From NCBI GenBank assembly GCA_965227515.1, contig CBDDFZ010000001.1, forward strand, positions 2,656,001 to 2,720,000: a DNA stretch of 64,000 nt, given 5' to 3'. A model generated the notes under the pieces. That model ran no database searches. It was given only the letters and a program-made list of their open reading frames with translations, and was not told the DNA's origin. This document shows, piece after piece, positions 18,266 to 28,288 of this stretch. Every line of letters starts with the position of its first letter. Positions within the stretch are counted from its first letter, which is position 1. The position numbers were made by a program, and so were the translations under genes. This DNA is from Alphaproteobacteria bacterium. GTDB lineage: Bacteria; Pseudomonadota; Alphaproteobacteria; CALKHQ01.

Positions 18266-19048
18266 TCATTCCGCCGGTGCCGACAGGCCTTCCGATTCCA
18301 TGATCATGGCCATGGCGGCCTGCGCATGGTCCAGGCCGCCTTCGCCGGCCTCCACGCTGATCGTGCCGTCATTGTCCAGGTCGCGGCCATGGACGACCCC
18401 CTGCATCAACTCCAGAACGGACTGCGCCTTTTCGACGACCCAGGCCGGATCGTCGGACGTGCGCGCCGACTGCGCCAGATCGAGCGCGCGGGCGGCCCAG
18501 TCGGTGGCGTTGGCCAGGCTGTGGCTGGCATGGCCGGCCTGTTCGAGCACCAGCGCCGAGACCGCGCTGTCCTCGCCGGCGGTCTCGAACAACTCGTCCA
18601 GCGCCGCGTCGATATCGCCATGGTTGGGATTGTCGCTGTCGCCGCCGCTCAGATGGGTTTGGCCGAGCGGGAAGGCCGCACCGGCGTCGAGCGCGAAGCC
18701 CAGGTGCACCGCCGCACCGTCGGCGGCCAGGATCAGGCCGTAACCCAGGCTGGGGCCGTCGGGCTCCAGGGTCGGGTCGATGGCATTGACGACGTGGCCG
18801 AGGTGGTTCTTGACCAGCTCGATATTGTCGGGATCGGCCAGCGCCAGTTCGGCGTGTTCCAGCGCGATCGACGCTTCAGCCACCGCCGTCGGCAGCAGGC
18901 CGTCGCCGGCCGGCGTATCGTTCCAGCTCCACATCACGTGCCCGATGTGGGTGTGCATGCCACCGCGGGTATCGGCCAGCACGTCCAGCGCGGCACCGGT
19001 GCTGACAGCCAGCGCGGCGGCGACGGCGATGCTCATCCTGGCGGCCAT
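18266..19048 (-). CDS. Secreted His-rich helical hypothetical protein
   Basis: Signal peptide; HIGHV, EHA, HLGHV and HASH motifs; Ca-loop-like DLDNDGTI. Confidence 0.7.
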   Translation of the reverse strand: MAARMSIAVAAALAVSTGAALDVLADTRGGMHTHIGHVMWSWNDTPAGDGLLPTAVAEASIALEHAELALADPDNIELVKNHLGHVVNAIDPTLEPDGPSLGYGLILAADGAAVHLGFALDAGAAFPLGQTHLSGGDSDNPNHGDIDAALDELFETAGEDSAVSALVLEQAGHASHSLANATDWAARALDLAQSARTSDDPAWVVEKAQSVLELMQGVVHGRDLDNDGTISVEAGEGGLDHAQAAMAMIMESEGLSAPAE

Positions 19049-19221
19049 GTTTTTCCCCCTGTCGGTCGGTATCTGGTGTGGTCCCATGGTGCGACCGCTC
19101 TATCGGGAACGCGGCAGCACGGTGGCCGGTTCCGCCGATCGCAGGGGAGGTTTAGCACCGAATTGGGGTAATGTCGTGGCGCGCGCGTGAACGCGATCGC
19201 ACAGCAGCCCGATCTTTCCGC

Positions 19222-19866
19222 CTATTCGGCGTCCGGCTGGTTGGCCGGCGCGGCATCGCGGAATGCGGGCAATTCCACGCAACGGTCGTGCACCGCCATC
19301 AACCGGGGGCTGACCGAGGTGTCGCAGTCGAAACGCACCGCGCCCGCAATCTGCGGCACCAGGCACACATCGGCCAGACCCGGCTTGTCGCCAAAGCAGA
19401 ACGGCGTTTCGGGCCCGTGCGACACCAGCATCCGCTCGGCCGCGACCAGCCCGTTGCCGACCCAATACCGCACCCATTGCGCCGTGGCGTCAGCGTCGGC
19501 GCCGAACTGGCTGGCCAGCCGCTGCAGCACCCGAAGGTTGCTCAGCGGATGGATATCGCATGCGATCACTTGCGCGAACGCCCGCACCCGTGCGCGCTCG
19601 GCCGGCGTCGGCGGCAGCAGGGGCGGCTCGGGGTGTGTCTCGTCCAGGTATTCGATGATGGCCAGCGTTTGGGAGAACAACTGGCCGCCGTCGTCCAGCA
19701 CCGGCACGCCGGCGGCGGGGTTCATCGCCAGGAACGCCGCGTCGCGCTGCTCGCCCTTGCGCAGGTGAACCGGGATGTACTCGTACGCCAGCCCCTTCAG
19801 GTTGAGCGCGATCCGCGTGCGGTAGGACGTGCTGCTGCGAAAATAGTTATAGAGTTTCAAAGGCAT
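19222..19866 (-). CDS. maiA: Maleylacetoacetate isomerase (zeta-class GST)
   Basis: YFRSSTSYRTRIALNLKG, IACDIHPL.NLRVL and ADVCLVPQ motifs. Confidence 0.92.
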   Translation of the reverse strand: MPLKLYNYFRSSTSYRTRIALNLKGLAYEYIPVHLRKGEQRDAAFLAMNPAAGVPVLDDGGQLFSQTLAIIEYLDETHPEPPLLPPTPAERARVRAFAQVIACDIHPLSNLRVLQRLASQFGADADATAQWVRYWVGNGLVAAERMLVSHGPETPFCFGDKPGLADVCLVPQIAGAVRFDCDTSVSPRLMAVHDRCVELPAFRDAAPANQPDAE

Positions 19867-19964
19867 GCCAGGCGTTCTTGATGCGGGGGACGGGGGCGCA
19901 ACATTGTGGCGCACTCACGCGATGGCGACTTGCCGATCGCCCGCGACCATAGCATTGTCGCGCC

Positions 19965-20825
19965 ATGCGCACAGGAAAACGAATCGGCCTGGCCACGGCG
20001 GTCGCGTTCAGTGCCGTCGTGTTGCTGGCTACCACCGGACCGTCGTCGGCCGACCGCCCGGAGGACGAGGTGGCATGGGGTGCCATCGCCGGACCGACCA
20101 GCGGCAACCCTTCGGTCATCGGCACCTACAGCAATGGCTGCGTCGCGGGTGCGGCCCCGCTGCCGCTGGAGGGGCTTGGCTTCGTGGTCATCCGCACCGA
20201 GCGGAACCGATATTGGGGCCATCCCAACCTGATCGCGTTTGTCCAGGATCTGGGCTACGCCGCCCTGCGCGACGGGCTGGGCACGCTGATGATCGCCGAC
20301 CTGGGCCAGCCGCGCGGCGGGCCGATCTCCGGTCACGCCAGCCACGAGCTGGGGCTGGATGCCGACATCTGGCTGCGGCTGCTGCCGAGCACGCTGATCA
20401 GCGCGGCCGAGCGGTCGGCGCCGACCGACATCTCGATGATCACCGCCGACGAGAGCGCCATCGACCGGACGGCGTGGACCCCGGCCCACGTCGAGCTTTA
20501 CCGGCTGGCGGCGACTGACCCCAGGGTGGACCGCATCTTCGCCCACCCGGTGATCAAGCGCGAATTGTGCGTCTCGGTAACCGGCGACCGCAGCTGGCTG
20601 GCCAAGATCCGGCCCTGGTACGGCCATGACTCGCACATGCACGTGCGCCTGTATTGCCCGTCAGGCAGCCCGGATTGCCGCCCGCAATCGGCGATCCCGG
20701 CCGGCGATGGCTGCGGTGCCGACCTCGACTGGTGGTTCGGCCCCGGCCCGCACACGCCATCCGACACGCCGCCGCCACCGCCGCCGCCGTTGCTGGACGC
20801 CTGCGTCGACCTGCTGGCGCAGTAA
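19965..20825 (+). CDS. mepA: Penicillin-insensitive murein endopeptidase
   Basis: IG.Y.NGC..GA, RNRYWGHP, QPRGGP..GHASH..GLDADIW and RPWYGHDSHMHVRL motifs. Confidence 0.92.
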   Translation: MRTGKRIGLATAVAFSAVVLLATTGPSSADRPEDEVAWGAIAGPTSGNPSVIGTYSNGCVAGAAPLPLEGLGFVVIRTERNRYWGHPNLIAFVQDLGYAALRDGLGTLMIADLGQPRGGPISGHASHELGLDADIWLRLLPSTLISAAERSAPTDISMITADESAIDRTAWTPAHVELYRLAATDPRVDRIFAHPVIKRELCVSVTGDRSWLAKIRPWYGHDSHMHVRLYCPSGSPDCRPQSAIPAGDGCGADLDWWFGPGPHTPSDTPPPPPPPLLDACVDLLAQ

Positions 20826-20835
20826 ACCCATCATC

Positions 20836-21010
20836 GTCGCCCTCGCCCTTGTGGCGAGGGCCCATTGCCGTGCCGAATTGGACGGCGGCCCAGGCTCGCT
20901 CATTCTTAATGCAGGATTGTGTGCCACGACGCCACTTGGGCCAAGCAAAGCGGGGCCAATTTTTGATGCGTGGGACAAGGATGGGTCCTCGCCACAAGGG
21001 CGAGGACGAC
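20836..21010. repeat. MITE-like element with 30-bp terminal inverted repeats
   Basis: 20836-20865 and 20981-21010 match at 28/30; the right arm is identical to 60186-60215. Confidence 0.85.
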
Positions 21011-21024
21011 AGAGTGGGAGAAGC

Positions 21025-22680
21025 CTAAGCCGACTTGTTGAGGGCGGCCAGCGCCGCCGGTGTGTCGACATCGGTCAGCACGCCGGTTGAGGGCATCGCC
21101 ACCTCGCAAACCAGCTCCGCGAAGTCGCCGATCAGGTGCTTGGCGCCGACGTCGCCGGCAACGCCCTTCAGCTCAGGAAAGAACCGGCGGCCCCACAGCA
21201 CCGGGTTGCCGCGCTTGCCGCGATAGGTCGGCACGCAGATGGTGCGCCCCTCCACCGGATTGAACGCGGCGATCAGCCGGTCGAGATCGCCTGCCGTGAC
21301 CTGCGGCATGTCGCCGAGGCAGACCAGGGCGGCATCGACCTCGTCAGGCATTTCCCCGATGCCGGTGCGCAGCGAGGTGCTGAGCCCGTCGGCGTGGTCC
21401 GGATTGTGGACGAAGGCCACGTCCAGCCCCTCCAGCGCGGCTTCCACGCGCTCGCGCTCATGCCCGGTGACCACCAGCACCGACTGGGCCTTGCTGGCGA
21501 GCGCGGTCTCCACCGCGCGGCGCACCATCGGCGCGCCGTCGATGTCGACCAGCATCTTGTTGGTGGCGCCCATGCGGCGCGACTGGCCGGCGGCGAGCAC
21601 GATGGCGGTGACGTTGGGCGCCCGTTGCACCATGGACCTGGCCCTCGTGTCCTCGGCGCGCGGCTGCGGCCGGCTTGGAATTTCGGTCAGCAAGCCGCCG
21701 ACGCCCATCGCCATGATATCGGCGCGGGTCACCGGCACCCGTGCGGCGACGCGCTGCAGCACCCAGTCGAAGCCGTTCAGCTTCGGCGAGCGGGCGCAGC
21801 CCGGCAGCCCGATGACCGGCACCTCGGAATCCCCGTGCGGGATCGCTCCGATCAGGAGGAGGTTGCCGGGGTCGACCGGCATGCCGAAATGGTCGACCCG
21901 GCCGCCCGCGGCTTCGATGCCGGCGGGCAGCACGTCCTGACGGTCGACGATGGCCGACGCCCCGGCAATGAACAGCGCATCCGGGCCGGTCTTCAGTGCG
22001 GCGGCGATGGCGTCCGCCAATGCAGCGGTGTCATGGGCGCAGCGCGACGTATGCCCCAGTGAGCCGCCGACGCTGGCCAGCCGGTCGTCGGTCACCCGCT
22101 CGGTGTTGTCGAATATGGCGGGCTTCATGCCCTCCAGCGTGGTCTGCACCAGCGCAGCGGTCAGCGGCCGGTAGGGGGCGAGGCGCACCGCAGGGTCCGC
22201 GCCCTCGGCGGCGGCAATGGCGCGATCCAGGTCGGCGCGCGGCACCGCGAACGGAATGATCTTGATGGTCGCCGCCATCTGCCGCGTGGTGGCGGCGTCG
22301 TAGGCGGGCAGGGTGGCGATGGTGATCGCCTCGTCGATGGCATTGATGGCGTCGATCCGCGCCCGGTCGACCAGCACGATGCCGTCGGCGTCGGCGATCA
22401 GGTTGCAGCGCCCGGTGAACGGTGCGGCGACCGACAGGCCCGGCCCGGCGACGGCATTGGCCAGCTCGGCGGCGGCCTCGTCTTCCGCAACATCGTCCTC
22501 TGCGAGCCGGGCGGCGATGACGGTTTCGTGCCCGGCGCCGGCCAGCAGCGCCACATCATCGGTACTCAGCACACGGCCCTTTTTGAACACGGTGCGGCGG
22601 CCGTCGCTATCGTTCAGCCGGACGGCATGGGCCAGGATGGCTCCCTCGGCCTCGGCGACGGCGATATCGCCGAAGATCAT
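21025..22680 (-). CDS. MoeA-like molybdopterin-binding domain fused to a molybdenum cofactor cytidylyltransferase (MocA-like)
   Basis: GMPVDPGNLL and PGCARSPK.NGFDWVL motifs; NTP-transferase LAAGQSRRMG..NK, LGDMP, GNPVLW, GDVGA and DVDTP. Confidence 0.88.
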   Translation of the reverse strand: MIFGDIAVAEAEGAILAHAVRLNDSDGRRTVFKKGRVLSTDDVALLAGAGHETVIAARLAEDDVAEDEAAAELANAVAGPGLSVAAPFTGRCNLIADADGIVLVDRARIDAINAIDEAITIATLPAYDAATTRQMAATIKIIPFAVPRADLDRAIAAAEGADPAVRLAPYRPLTAALVQTTLEGMKPAIFDNTERVTDDRLASVGGSLGHTSRCAHDTAALADAIAAALKTGPDALFIAGASAIVDRQDVLPAGIEAAGGRVDHFGMPVDPGNLLLIGAIPHGDSEVPVIGLPGCARSPKLNGFDWVLQRVAARVPVTRADIMAMGVGGLLTEIPSRPQPRAEDTRARSMVQRAPNVTAIVLAAGQSRRMGATNKMLVDIDGAPMVRRAVETALASKAQSVLVVTGHERERVEAALEGLDVAFVHNPDHADGLSTSLRTGIGEMPDEVDAALVCLGDMPQVTAGDLDRLIAAFNPVEGRTICVPTYRGKRGNPVLWGRRFFPELKGVAGDVGAKHLIGDFAELVCEVAMPSTGVLTDVDTPAALAALNKSA

Positions 22681-23402
22681 GCCGCGGCGTCCTGGGAAGT
22701 GTCCAAATCCGGCGGGCGGCGTAGCACCTGGGTGATCTGGCCGACGATGGAAATCGCGATCTCGGCCGGCGAGGCGGCGTTGATCGACAGGCCGACCGGG
22801 CCGTGGATGCGGTCGAGGGCGGCCTGGTCATGGCCCAGGGCGGTCAGCCGCTTCAGCCGGGCGGCGTGGGTCTTCCGGCTGCCCAGAGCGCCGATGTAGA
22901 ACGCGTCGGACTTGAGTGCTGCGTCCAGCGCCGGGTCGTCCAGCTTCGGATCGTGGGTCAGGGTGACGATGGCGGTGCGATGGTCGGGCTTGAGGCGCTC
23001 GATCGCCTCGTCTGGCCAATCGTCGGTCAGGTCGATGCCGGGGAAGCGGTCGCGGGTGGCGAACGCGCCGCGCGGGTCGACAATGGTCACCGCATAGCCG
23101 GTGGCGGTGGCAATCGGCACCAGCGGTTGGGCGATGTGGACCGCGCCGACCAGGATCAGGCGCAACGGCGGCGACCAGACCTGGATGAACAGTTCGCGCT
23201 CGCCCAGCGTATCGGTACCGCTCTTGTCGTTGCGGATGCGGTCCTGCACCGCCTGCAACAGTTGCGGCGCGGCGGCGATATCGCCCTGGACGGTGTGGCC
23301 GTCGCTGATCGACTGGGCACCGTCGGCCAGATCGGTGATGACCGCGATGGCGCGTTTCTCGGCACGCGCCGCGCGGACGGCGTCGAAGACCGCGCGCTTC
23401 AC
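22677..23402 (-). CDS. xdhC: XdhC family molybdoenzyme maturation factor (C-terminal Rossmann part)
   Basis: GAVHIAQ, DPR..FA..RFP, LTHDPKLDD, YIGALGSRKTH and GPVGL.I.A.SPAEIAISI motifs. Confidence 0.88.
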   Translation of the reverse strand: MKRAVFDAVRAARAEKRAIAVITDLADGAQSISDGHTVQGDIAAAPQLLQAVQDRIRNDKSGTDTLGERELFIQVWSPPLRLILVGAVHIAQPLVPIATATGYAVTIVDPRGAFATRDRFPGIDLTDDWPDEAIERLKPDHRTAIVTLTHDPKLDDPALDAALKSDAFYIGALGSRKTHAARLKRLTALGHDQAALDRIHGPVGLSINAASPAEIAISIVGQITQVLRRPPDLDTSQDAAA

Positions 23403-23749
23403 GACATCGCCTCCACGAACACTTCGACCTTGCCGCCGCAGGCAAGCCCCACGTGCCAAGCGTCCTCGTGGCTGACGCCGAAGCTGAGCCGCCGAGGCTC
23501 GCCGTCGCGCATCGCCTTCAGCGCCTCTTCGACCACGGCACCCTCGATGCAGCCGCCGGAGACGGAGCCGACCATGGCGCCGTCCTCGTCGACGGCGAGT
23601 TGGCTGCCGATGGGCCGGGGCGAGGAGCCCCAGGTCTTGACCACGGTGGCCAGCGCCACTTTTCGGCCCGCGTCCTGCCAGTCGGCGATCTGCTGCAGAA
23701 TGGCGTCGGGGCCGGCGAAAAGCGTGTCTGACGTTGTGGTTTCGGTCAT
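23399..23749 (-). CDS. XdhC/CoxI N-terminal domain protein
   Basis: ATVV.TWGSSPRP.GS, GSVSGGCIEG and GLACGG motifs; GTGA overlap with the next gene. Confidence 0.88.
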   Translation of the reverse strand: MTETTTSDTLFAGPDAILQQIADWQDAGRKVALATVVKTWGSSPRPIGSQLAVDEDGAMVGSVSGGCIEGAVVEEALKAMRDGEPRRLSFGVSHEDAWHVGLACGGKVEVFVEAMS

Positions 23750-25011
23750 GCCGCCTGCTCCATCCGGTGATCTATTTGCCTTTCGCCAAGGCGGCTCAGC
23801 GCCTCGGAAAGCTCGCTCAGGGTGTTGAGATTGTGCACCGGGCGGAAGTCGTCAACGTGGGGCAGGATCGCGCGGATGCCCAGCGACTTCGGCTCGAAGC
23901 CGTCGAAGCGCAGCAACGGGTTGAGCCAGATCAGCCGGCGGCAGGACTTGTGCAGGCGCTCGACCTGGTCCTCCAGCCCCTCGGCCGCGTCGCGGTCCAA
24001 CCCGTCGGAGATCAGCAGCACCACCGCGCCCTGGCCCAGAACCCGGCGCGACCACAGCCGGTTGAAATCCTCGATGCACGAGCCGATGCGGGTGCCGCCC
24101 GACCAGTCCTCCACCGCCTCGGTGCAGCCGGCCAGCGCCACGTCGACGTCCTTGGCCCGCATCTGGCGGGTCACGTTGGTCAGCCGGGTGCCGAACAGGA
24201 AGGTGTGCACCCGGTCGCGGTCGTTGGTGATGGCGTGCAGGAAGTGCAGCATCATGCGCGAATAGCGGCTCATGGAGCCGGAGATATCGCACAGCACCAC
24301 CAGCGGCGGATGGCGGCGGCGTCGCGTGCGGCGTTTCAGCGGGATCGACTGGCCGCCGGTGCGCAGTGCGGCCCGCAGGGTCGCGCGCATGTCGATGCGC
24401 CGTCCGGCCGGGTCCTGGTGGAAGCGCCGGGTGGGCACGTCCATAATCGGCAGCCGCATGCGGGCGATGGCGCGCTTGGCCTCCTCCACCTCCTCGGCGG
24501 ACATCTCCTCGAAGTCGACCGACTGCAACAGTTCGTTGTCGGACACGGTCATCACCGCGTCCAACTCGATCTCGGTGTCGTCGCTCACCTCGTCGACGTC
24601 GGTCTCTTCCTGCTCCGGCTGGTTGCCGCGCATCGCGTCCTCGATGCGGCGGTTGATCTGGCTCTTCTCCGGCGGCTTCGACGGGTCGTCGAACGAGAAG
24701 GTGGGCAGTACCAGGCTCATCATCTGTTCCAGGATCTTCGGGTTGCGCCAGAAGACGTGGAACGCCTGGTTGAACAGCTCGCGGTGGGCGCGCCTGTTGA
24801 CGAACACGGCGTGCAGCGCCCAGTAGAAATCGTCGCGGCGGTGCAGGCCGACCGTTTCCACCGCCTTCACGGCCTCGATCACCTTGCCGGGACCGATCGG
24901 CAGGCCGGCGGCGCGCAGCACGCGGGCGAAGTGCATGATGTTGGCGAATAGCATGCCCTTGCCGCCGGTGACGCGGTTCCAGGGGGCGTCCTTGTCGAAG
25001 ATGGTCTGCAT
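23746..25011 (-). CDS. coxE: CoxE-like VWA domain protein
   Basis: F.R.LR.AG.P.G, MIDAS DISGSM..YS, DWSGGTRIG, ISDGLD and LIWLNPL motifs. Confidence 0.88.
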   Translation of the reverse strand: MQTIFDKDAPWNRVTGGKGMLFANIMHFARVLRAAGLPIGPGKVIEAVKAVETVGLHRRDDFYWALHAVFVNRRAHRELFNQAFHVFWRNPKILEQMMSLVLPTFSFDDPSKPPEKSQINRRIEDAMRGNQPEQEETDVDEVSDDTEIELDAVMTVSDNELLQSVDFEEMSAEEVEEAKRAIARMRLPIMDVPTRRFHQDPAGRRIDMRATLRAALRTGGQSIPLKRRTRRRRHPPLVVLCDISGSMSRYSRMMLHFLHAITNDRDRVHTFLFGTRLTNVTRQMRAKDVDVALAGCTEAVEDWSGGTRIGSCIEDFNRLWSRRVLGQGAVVLLISDGLDRDAAEGLEDQVERLHKSCRRLIWLNPLLRFDGFEPKSLGIRAILPHVDDFRPVHNLNTLSELSEALSRLGERQIDHRMEQAA

Positions 25012-25037
25012 GGGCTCAGTCCTTGCCACCACTCATT

Positions 25038-25128
25038 CGTCATGCTCGGGCTTGACCCGAGCATCCACGAGATGGCGGCTCAAGCCGCCAATTAGACGTG
25101 GATGCCCGCAACAAGTGCGGGCATGACG
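25038..25128. repeat. Palindromic miniature element (CGTCATGC...GCATGACG)
   Basis: Arms 25038-25069 and 25097-25128; the right arm is identical to 62212-62243. Confidence 0.85.
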
Positions 25129-25172
25129 GTGGTGGTGCGGGGCAGGCAGTGTCTTGGTCTCCGACCGCCCGC

Positions 25173-26090
25173 CTAGATCGCCGGCGTCGCGGCCAGTTCG
25201 GCGTTGACGCTGTTCAGGATGCGCTGCGCCTCGGAGCCCTGCAGGCGCGCGATGTCGTCCTGGTACTTCAGCAGCGCGCCCAGGGTGTCGTTGATGGTCT
25301 GCGGGTCGAGCTCGATCACGTCCAGGGTGGTCAGCGCCTTGGTCCAGTCGATGGTCTCCGCGATGCCCGGCAGCTTGAACAGATCCAGCGTGCGCACCTC
25401 CTGGATGAAGGCGACGACCTGCTGGGTCAGCCGCTTGTCGGCATCGGGCGCCTTGATGCGCAGGATTTTCAGCTCCTGCTCGGCGGTCGGGTAGTCGACC
25501 CAGTAGTAGAAACAACGCCGCTTCAGGGCGTCGTGGATCTCTCGGGTGCGGTTCGACGTGATGATGACGATCGGCGGCTGGGCCGCCTTGATCGAGCCGA
25601 TCTCCGGCACCGTCACCTGGAAGTCGGACAGCGCCTCCAGCAGGAACGCTTCGAACGGCTCGTCGGTGCGGTCCAGCTCGTCGATCAGCAGCACAGGCAC
25701 CCCGCCCTCGTGCGGCTCCATCGCTTGCAGCAGCGGCCGCTTGATCAGGAAGCGCTCGGCGAAGATATCCTGGCCCAGATTGTCCCGGTCGGCGGTGCCC
25801 GCGGCCTCCGCCAGCCTGATCTCGATCATCTGGCGGGCGTAGTTCCATTCGTAGACGGCCGAGGCGACGTCCAGCCCCTCGTAGCATTGCAGGCGCACCA
25901 GATCGCGCCCCAGGGTCTGGGACAGCACCTTGGCAATCTCCGTCTTGCCGACGCCGGCCTCGCCCTCCAGGAACAGCGGGCGGTTGAGCTTCAGCGACAG
26001 ATAGACGGCGGTGGCCAGGCTACGGTCGGCGACGTAGTCGCCACCGGCAAGCAGTTCGGTGACGGCGTCAACCGAGGTCGGCAATTCCAT
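25173..26090 (-). CDS. coxD: CoxD-like MoxR AAA+ ATPase
   Basis: Walker A GEAGVGKT, RLQCYEGLD, Walker B LLIDE and TSNRTREIHDALKRRC. Confidence 0.92.
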   Translation of the reverse strand: MELPTSVDAVTELLAGGDYVADRSLATAVYLSLKLNRPLFLEGEAGVGKTEIAKVLSQTLGRDLVRLQCYEGLDVASAVYEWNYARQMIEIRLAEAAGTADRDNLGQDIFAERFLIKRPLLQAMEPHEGGVPVLLIDELDRTDEPFEAFLLEALSDFQVTVPEIGSIKAAQPPIVIITSNRTREIHDALKRRCFYYWVDYPTAEQELKILRIKAPDADKRLTQQVVAFIQEVRTLDLFKLPGIAETIDWTKALTTLDVIELDPQTINDTLGALLKYQDDIARLQGSEAQRILNSVNAELAATPAI

Positions 26091-26177
26091 GAGCGGCAGG
26101 ATCCCAGTTCGATAGCGGTGGAGGCGCCCGTCGAACGGGCACTGCACTATAGAATCTGGCAACTGATTGGCAACAAG

Positions 26178-26204
26178 GCGAGGGGGCGCGTCAGCACGTC
26201 GCTG
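26178..26204 (+). repeat. Left copy of a 27-bp direct repeat bounding the island
   Basis: GCGAGGGGGCGCGTCAGCACGTCGCTG, identical to 30050-30076. Confidence 0.9.
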
Positions 26205-26358
26205 GTAATCACTTGAACTGGCCAGTTCGGGTCGATTGGCCGCATCATTTGCATTCTTGAACTTGGTGCTGCACCATTGCGCGACCCACATTCGCCGTGG
26301 AGTGCGGGCCGTGATTTTGCAAAGCCATTTTCTGCGATCGACGCCAGCATCCCTACTG

Positions 26359-27018
26359 ATGCGATTGGCCCTACTGTGCGTGGTGGGCCTGATCGTGGCC
26401 ATCCCTCCGGTGCGCGCTCAAGACGCGCCCGATGACGCCCAAGGCGTGACGGAGGAGACCCAGAACACATCGCCGGAGGACAACTTCGCGGTGGTCGCGC
26501 GGGTTCGGGTGCGTGCCGACACGCTGATGCCGGAAGTCATGGAGATCGGGGTCTATTGCGCGATCTATTCGGCGCTTTACACCGACGAGGCCGACAAGGG
26601 CGGGGCGTTGGTCGGAGAGAGTTACATCTACTTCTATCGAAGTGACGTCGACTTCGATTCCGTGTTGCGCGCGATGGACAGGCCCGACATTCACTCGGAC
26701 TACAATGTCCAGTTCCATAAATTTGAGGGCGACGACATAAATCAAACCGTGGAGGCGATCTTCCAAAGTGCTGAACGGGGTTCCTTGCGGCCCCTGCATG
26801 CCTGGACTCACGGCGACTGCACCCTTTTCGTGGTCGACGAGCGGCCGCCAAATCAGTCCTACCTTCCGCAGGACTGCACTGGGGAGCGCGAGGCGCCGCC
26901 GGCCTTTCTCGGCCACTGCATTTGGCCGGGTAGCGAACCCAAGATCGTTGCCGAGTTCACCCGTCCGGGGCTGGACGGCGTCAGTTTCGGCGGGGCAGGC
27001 GATGGTGGTGGAGAGTAA
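26359..27018 (+). CDS. Secreted 4-Cys beta-rich protein, paralogue A
   Basis: Signal peptide ..PPVRA; YCAIYS, WTHGDC, DCTG and GHCIWPGSEP...FTRPGL motifs. Confidence 0.75.
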   Translation: MRLALLCVVGLIVAIPPVRAQDAPDDAQGVTEETQNTSPEDNFAVVARVRVRADTLMPEVMEIGVYCAIYSALYTDEADKGGALVGESYIYFYRSDVDFDSVLRAMDRPDIHSDYNVQFHKFEGDDINQTVEAIFQSAERGSLRPLHAWTHGDCTLFVVDERPPNQSYLPQDCTGEREAPPAFLGHCIWPGSEPKIVAEFTRPGLDGVSFGGAGDGGGE

Positions 27019-27727
27019 GGCAACGCGGCGGTCGGAATACGGCCAGCGTGCTGCCGCACCTGCGCGCCTGACGGCCCTTGTCACGGCACTGGCAGTCGCT
27101 ACAGCGCTGGCGTGGCCAGGTTCGTCCAACGCCGAGGACGGCGATGAATGGCCGTCGCTTTTTGACATCGTGGTTACCCCGCCTCCTGCTATGCAGATAG
27201 CGGTGCCGATTGAGGTCACTAACCTGGTTCGGTCAGCGAACGTCGTGCTGGTCCAGTGCTACCTGTCGGCTGGGGCTGCTGGCTCTGGGCTGTTGGATGA
27301 AGTCACTGGGCTGCCGGACGAATCATATCCGGTCGTTGGTGCGGGAACTGTGGTGCTTCATCAAGAGGACGTGGACTTTGCGCGCTGGCGGCAGTTCTTC
27401 GACCCTAGAAGGAACCCGCTAGCGTCCGGCCTGCACGTCGAAGTATTCGGGGGCAATCGTATCGTCAAAACCGTGATGGTTCCGATAGCCACCGTCGATG
27501 AGACAGTCTCGATTGAGACCTGGGTCAACGGATGGTGCGACATTGAAATCTACGATGGATTGCCGAACCAGCCGCTTCAACGAATTGATGGACAGTCCGG
27601 GGTCGTAAGAGGCTCGCCGAGCTTATGCAATGGCAATGGGCTACGCGATCATCTGGAAGAGTGCGTGTGGCCGGGCTCCACGCCAAAAGCGGTGATCATT
27701 TTCACGCGCGACGGACTGGGGGACTGA
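27002..27727 (+). CDS. Secreted 4-Cys beta-rich protein, paralogue B
   Basis: Signal peptide ..GSSNA; QCYLS, WVNGWC, LCNG and ECVWPGSTP...FTRDGL motifs. Confidence 0.75.
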   Translation: MVVESKATRRSEYGQRAAAPARLTALVTALAVATALAWPGSSNAEDGDEWPSLFDIVVTPPPAMQIAVPIEVTNLVRSANVVLVQCYLSAGAAGSGLLDEVTGLPDESYPVVGAGTVVLHQEDVDFARWRQFFDPRRNPLASGLHVEVFGGNRIVKTVMVPIATVDETVSIETWVNGWCDIEIYDGLPNQPLQRIDGQSGVVRGSPSLCNGNGLRDHLEECVWPGSTPKAVIIFTRDGLGD

Positions 27728-27808
27728 GATGTTCAGGACGGTGGCCAGGTCGCGATGGCAAGTCGCCGTAGCCATCCAGGTTCTGACCGGCAGGGTCGGG
27801 TCTGGGCC

Positions 27809-28279
27809 ATGACAGAACGTGCCGACAAGGCGATGCGCGAGACGGTGCGGCAGTGGCTGATCGATGCCGAAGTGGGCCTGATCGATCGCAGTACGCTGGT
27901 CCAGCGCATCGACCGCACCATCGGTGATATGGATGCGCCGCCGCACTACTTGTTGCAGTTGTCCACGGGGGCCTCTGTGGCGTACGAGCCGCGGGTCGAC
28001 CTGGCCCTCGAGCCACAGACGCACGCCGATCTCAAGTCGCTGGCCGCACGGCTGCTTGCAGGTTTCCAGGCCGGCGAATTGTCGTCCAGCAGGGTGGCGG
28101 AAATCGCCTTCAAGACGAGCCTACTTGGCGCCGCGCACGCGGACCCAGTATTGGCGACATTCGCACGTATCAGCGACGAACTGCATTTCATCGAGGTCGG
28201 TGCCGGCGCCACCACGGACGATTTCGAGCGGTTTGTGGTCGACGCGCTCCGGCGGTTGTCGGACGGTGCAACGGGGTAG
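27809..28279 (+). CDS. Hypothetical cytoplasmic all-alpha protein
   Basis: Co-oriented ORF filling the gap between paralogues; no signal peptide; amphipathic helices. Confidence 0.65.
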   Translation: MTERADKAMRETVRQWLIDAEVGLIDRSTLVQRIDRTIGDMDAPPHYLLQLSTGASVAYEPRVDLALEPQTHADLKSLAARLLAGFQAGELSSSRVAEIAFKTSLLGAAHADPVLATFARISDELHFIEVGAGATTDDFERFVVDALRRLSDGATG

Positions 28280-28288
28280 GGGGCTGTC

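Noticed and set aside
18964-18975. TRGG in the His-rich secreted protein as a caspase site
   Set aside because: A single short match right after the signal peptide and far from the caspase; likely chance.
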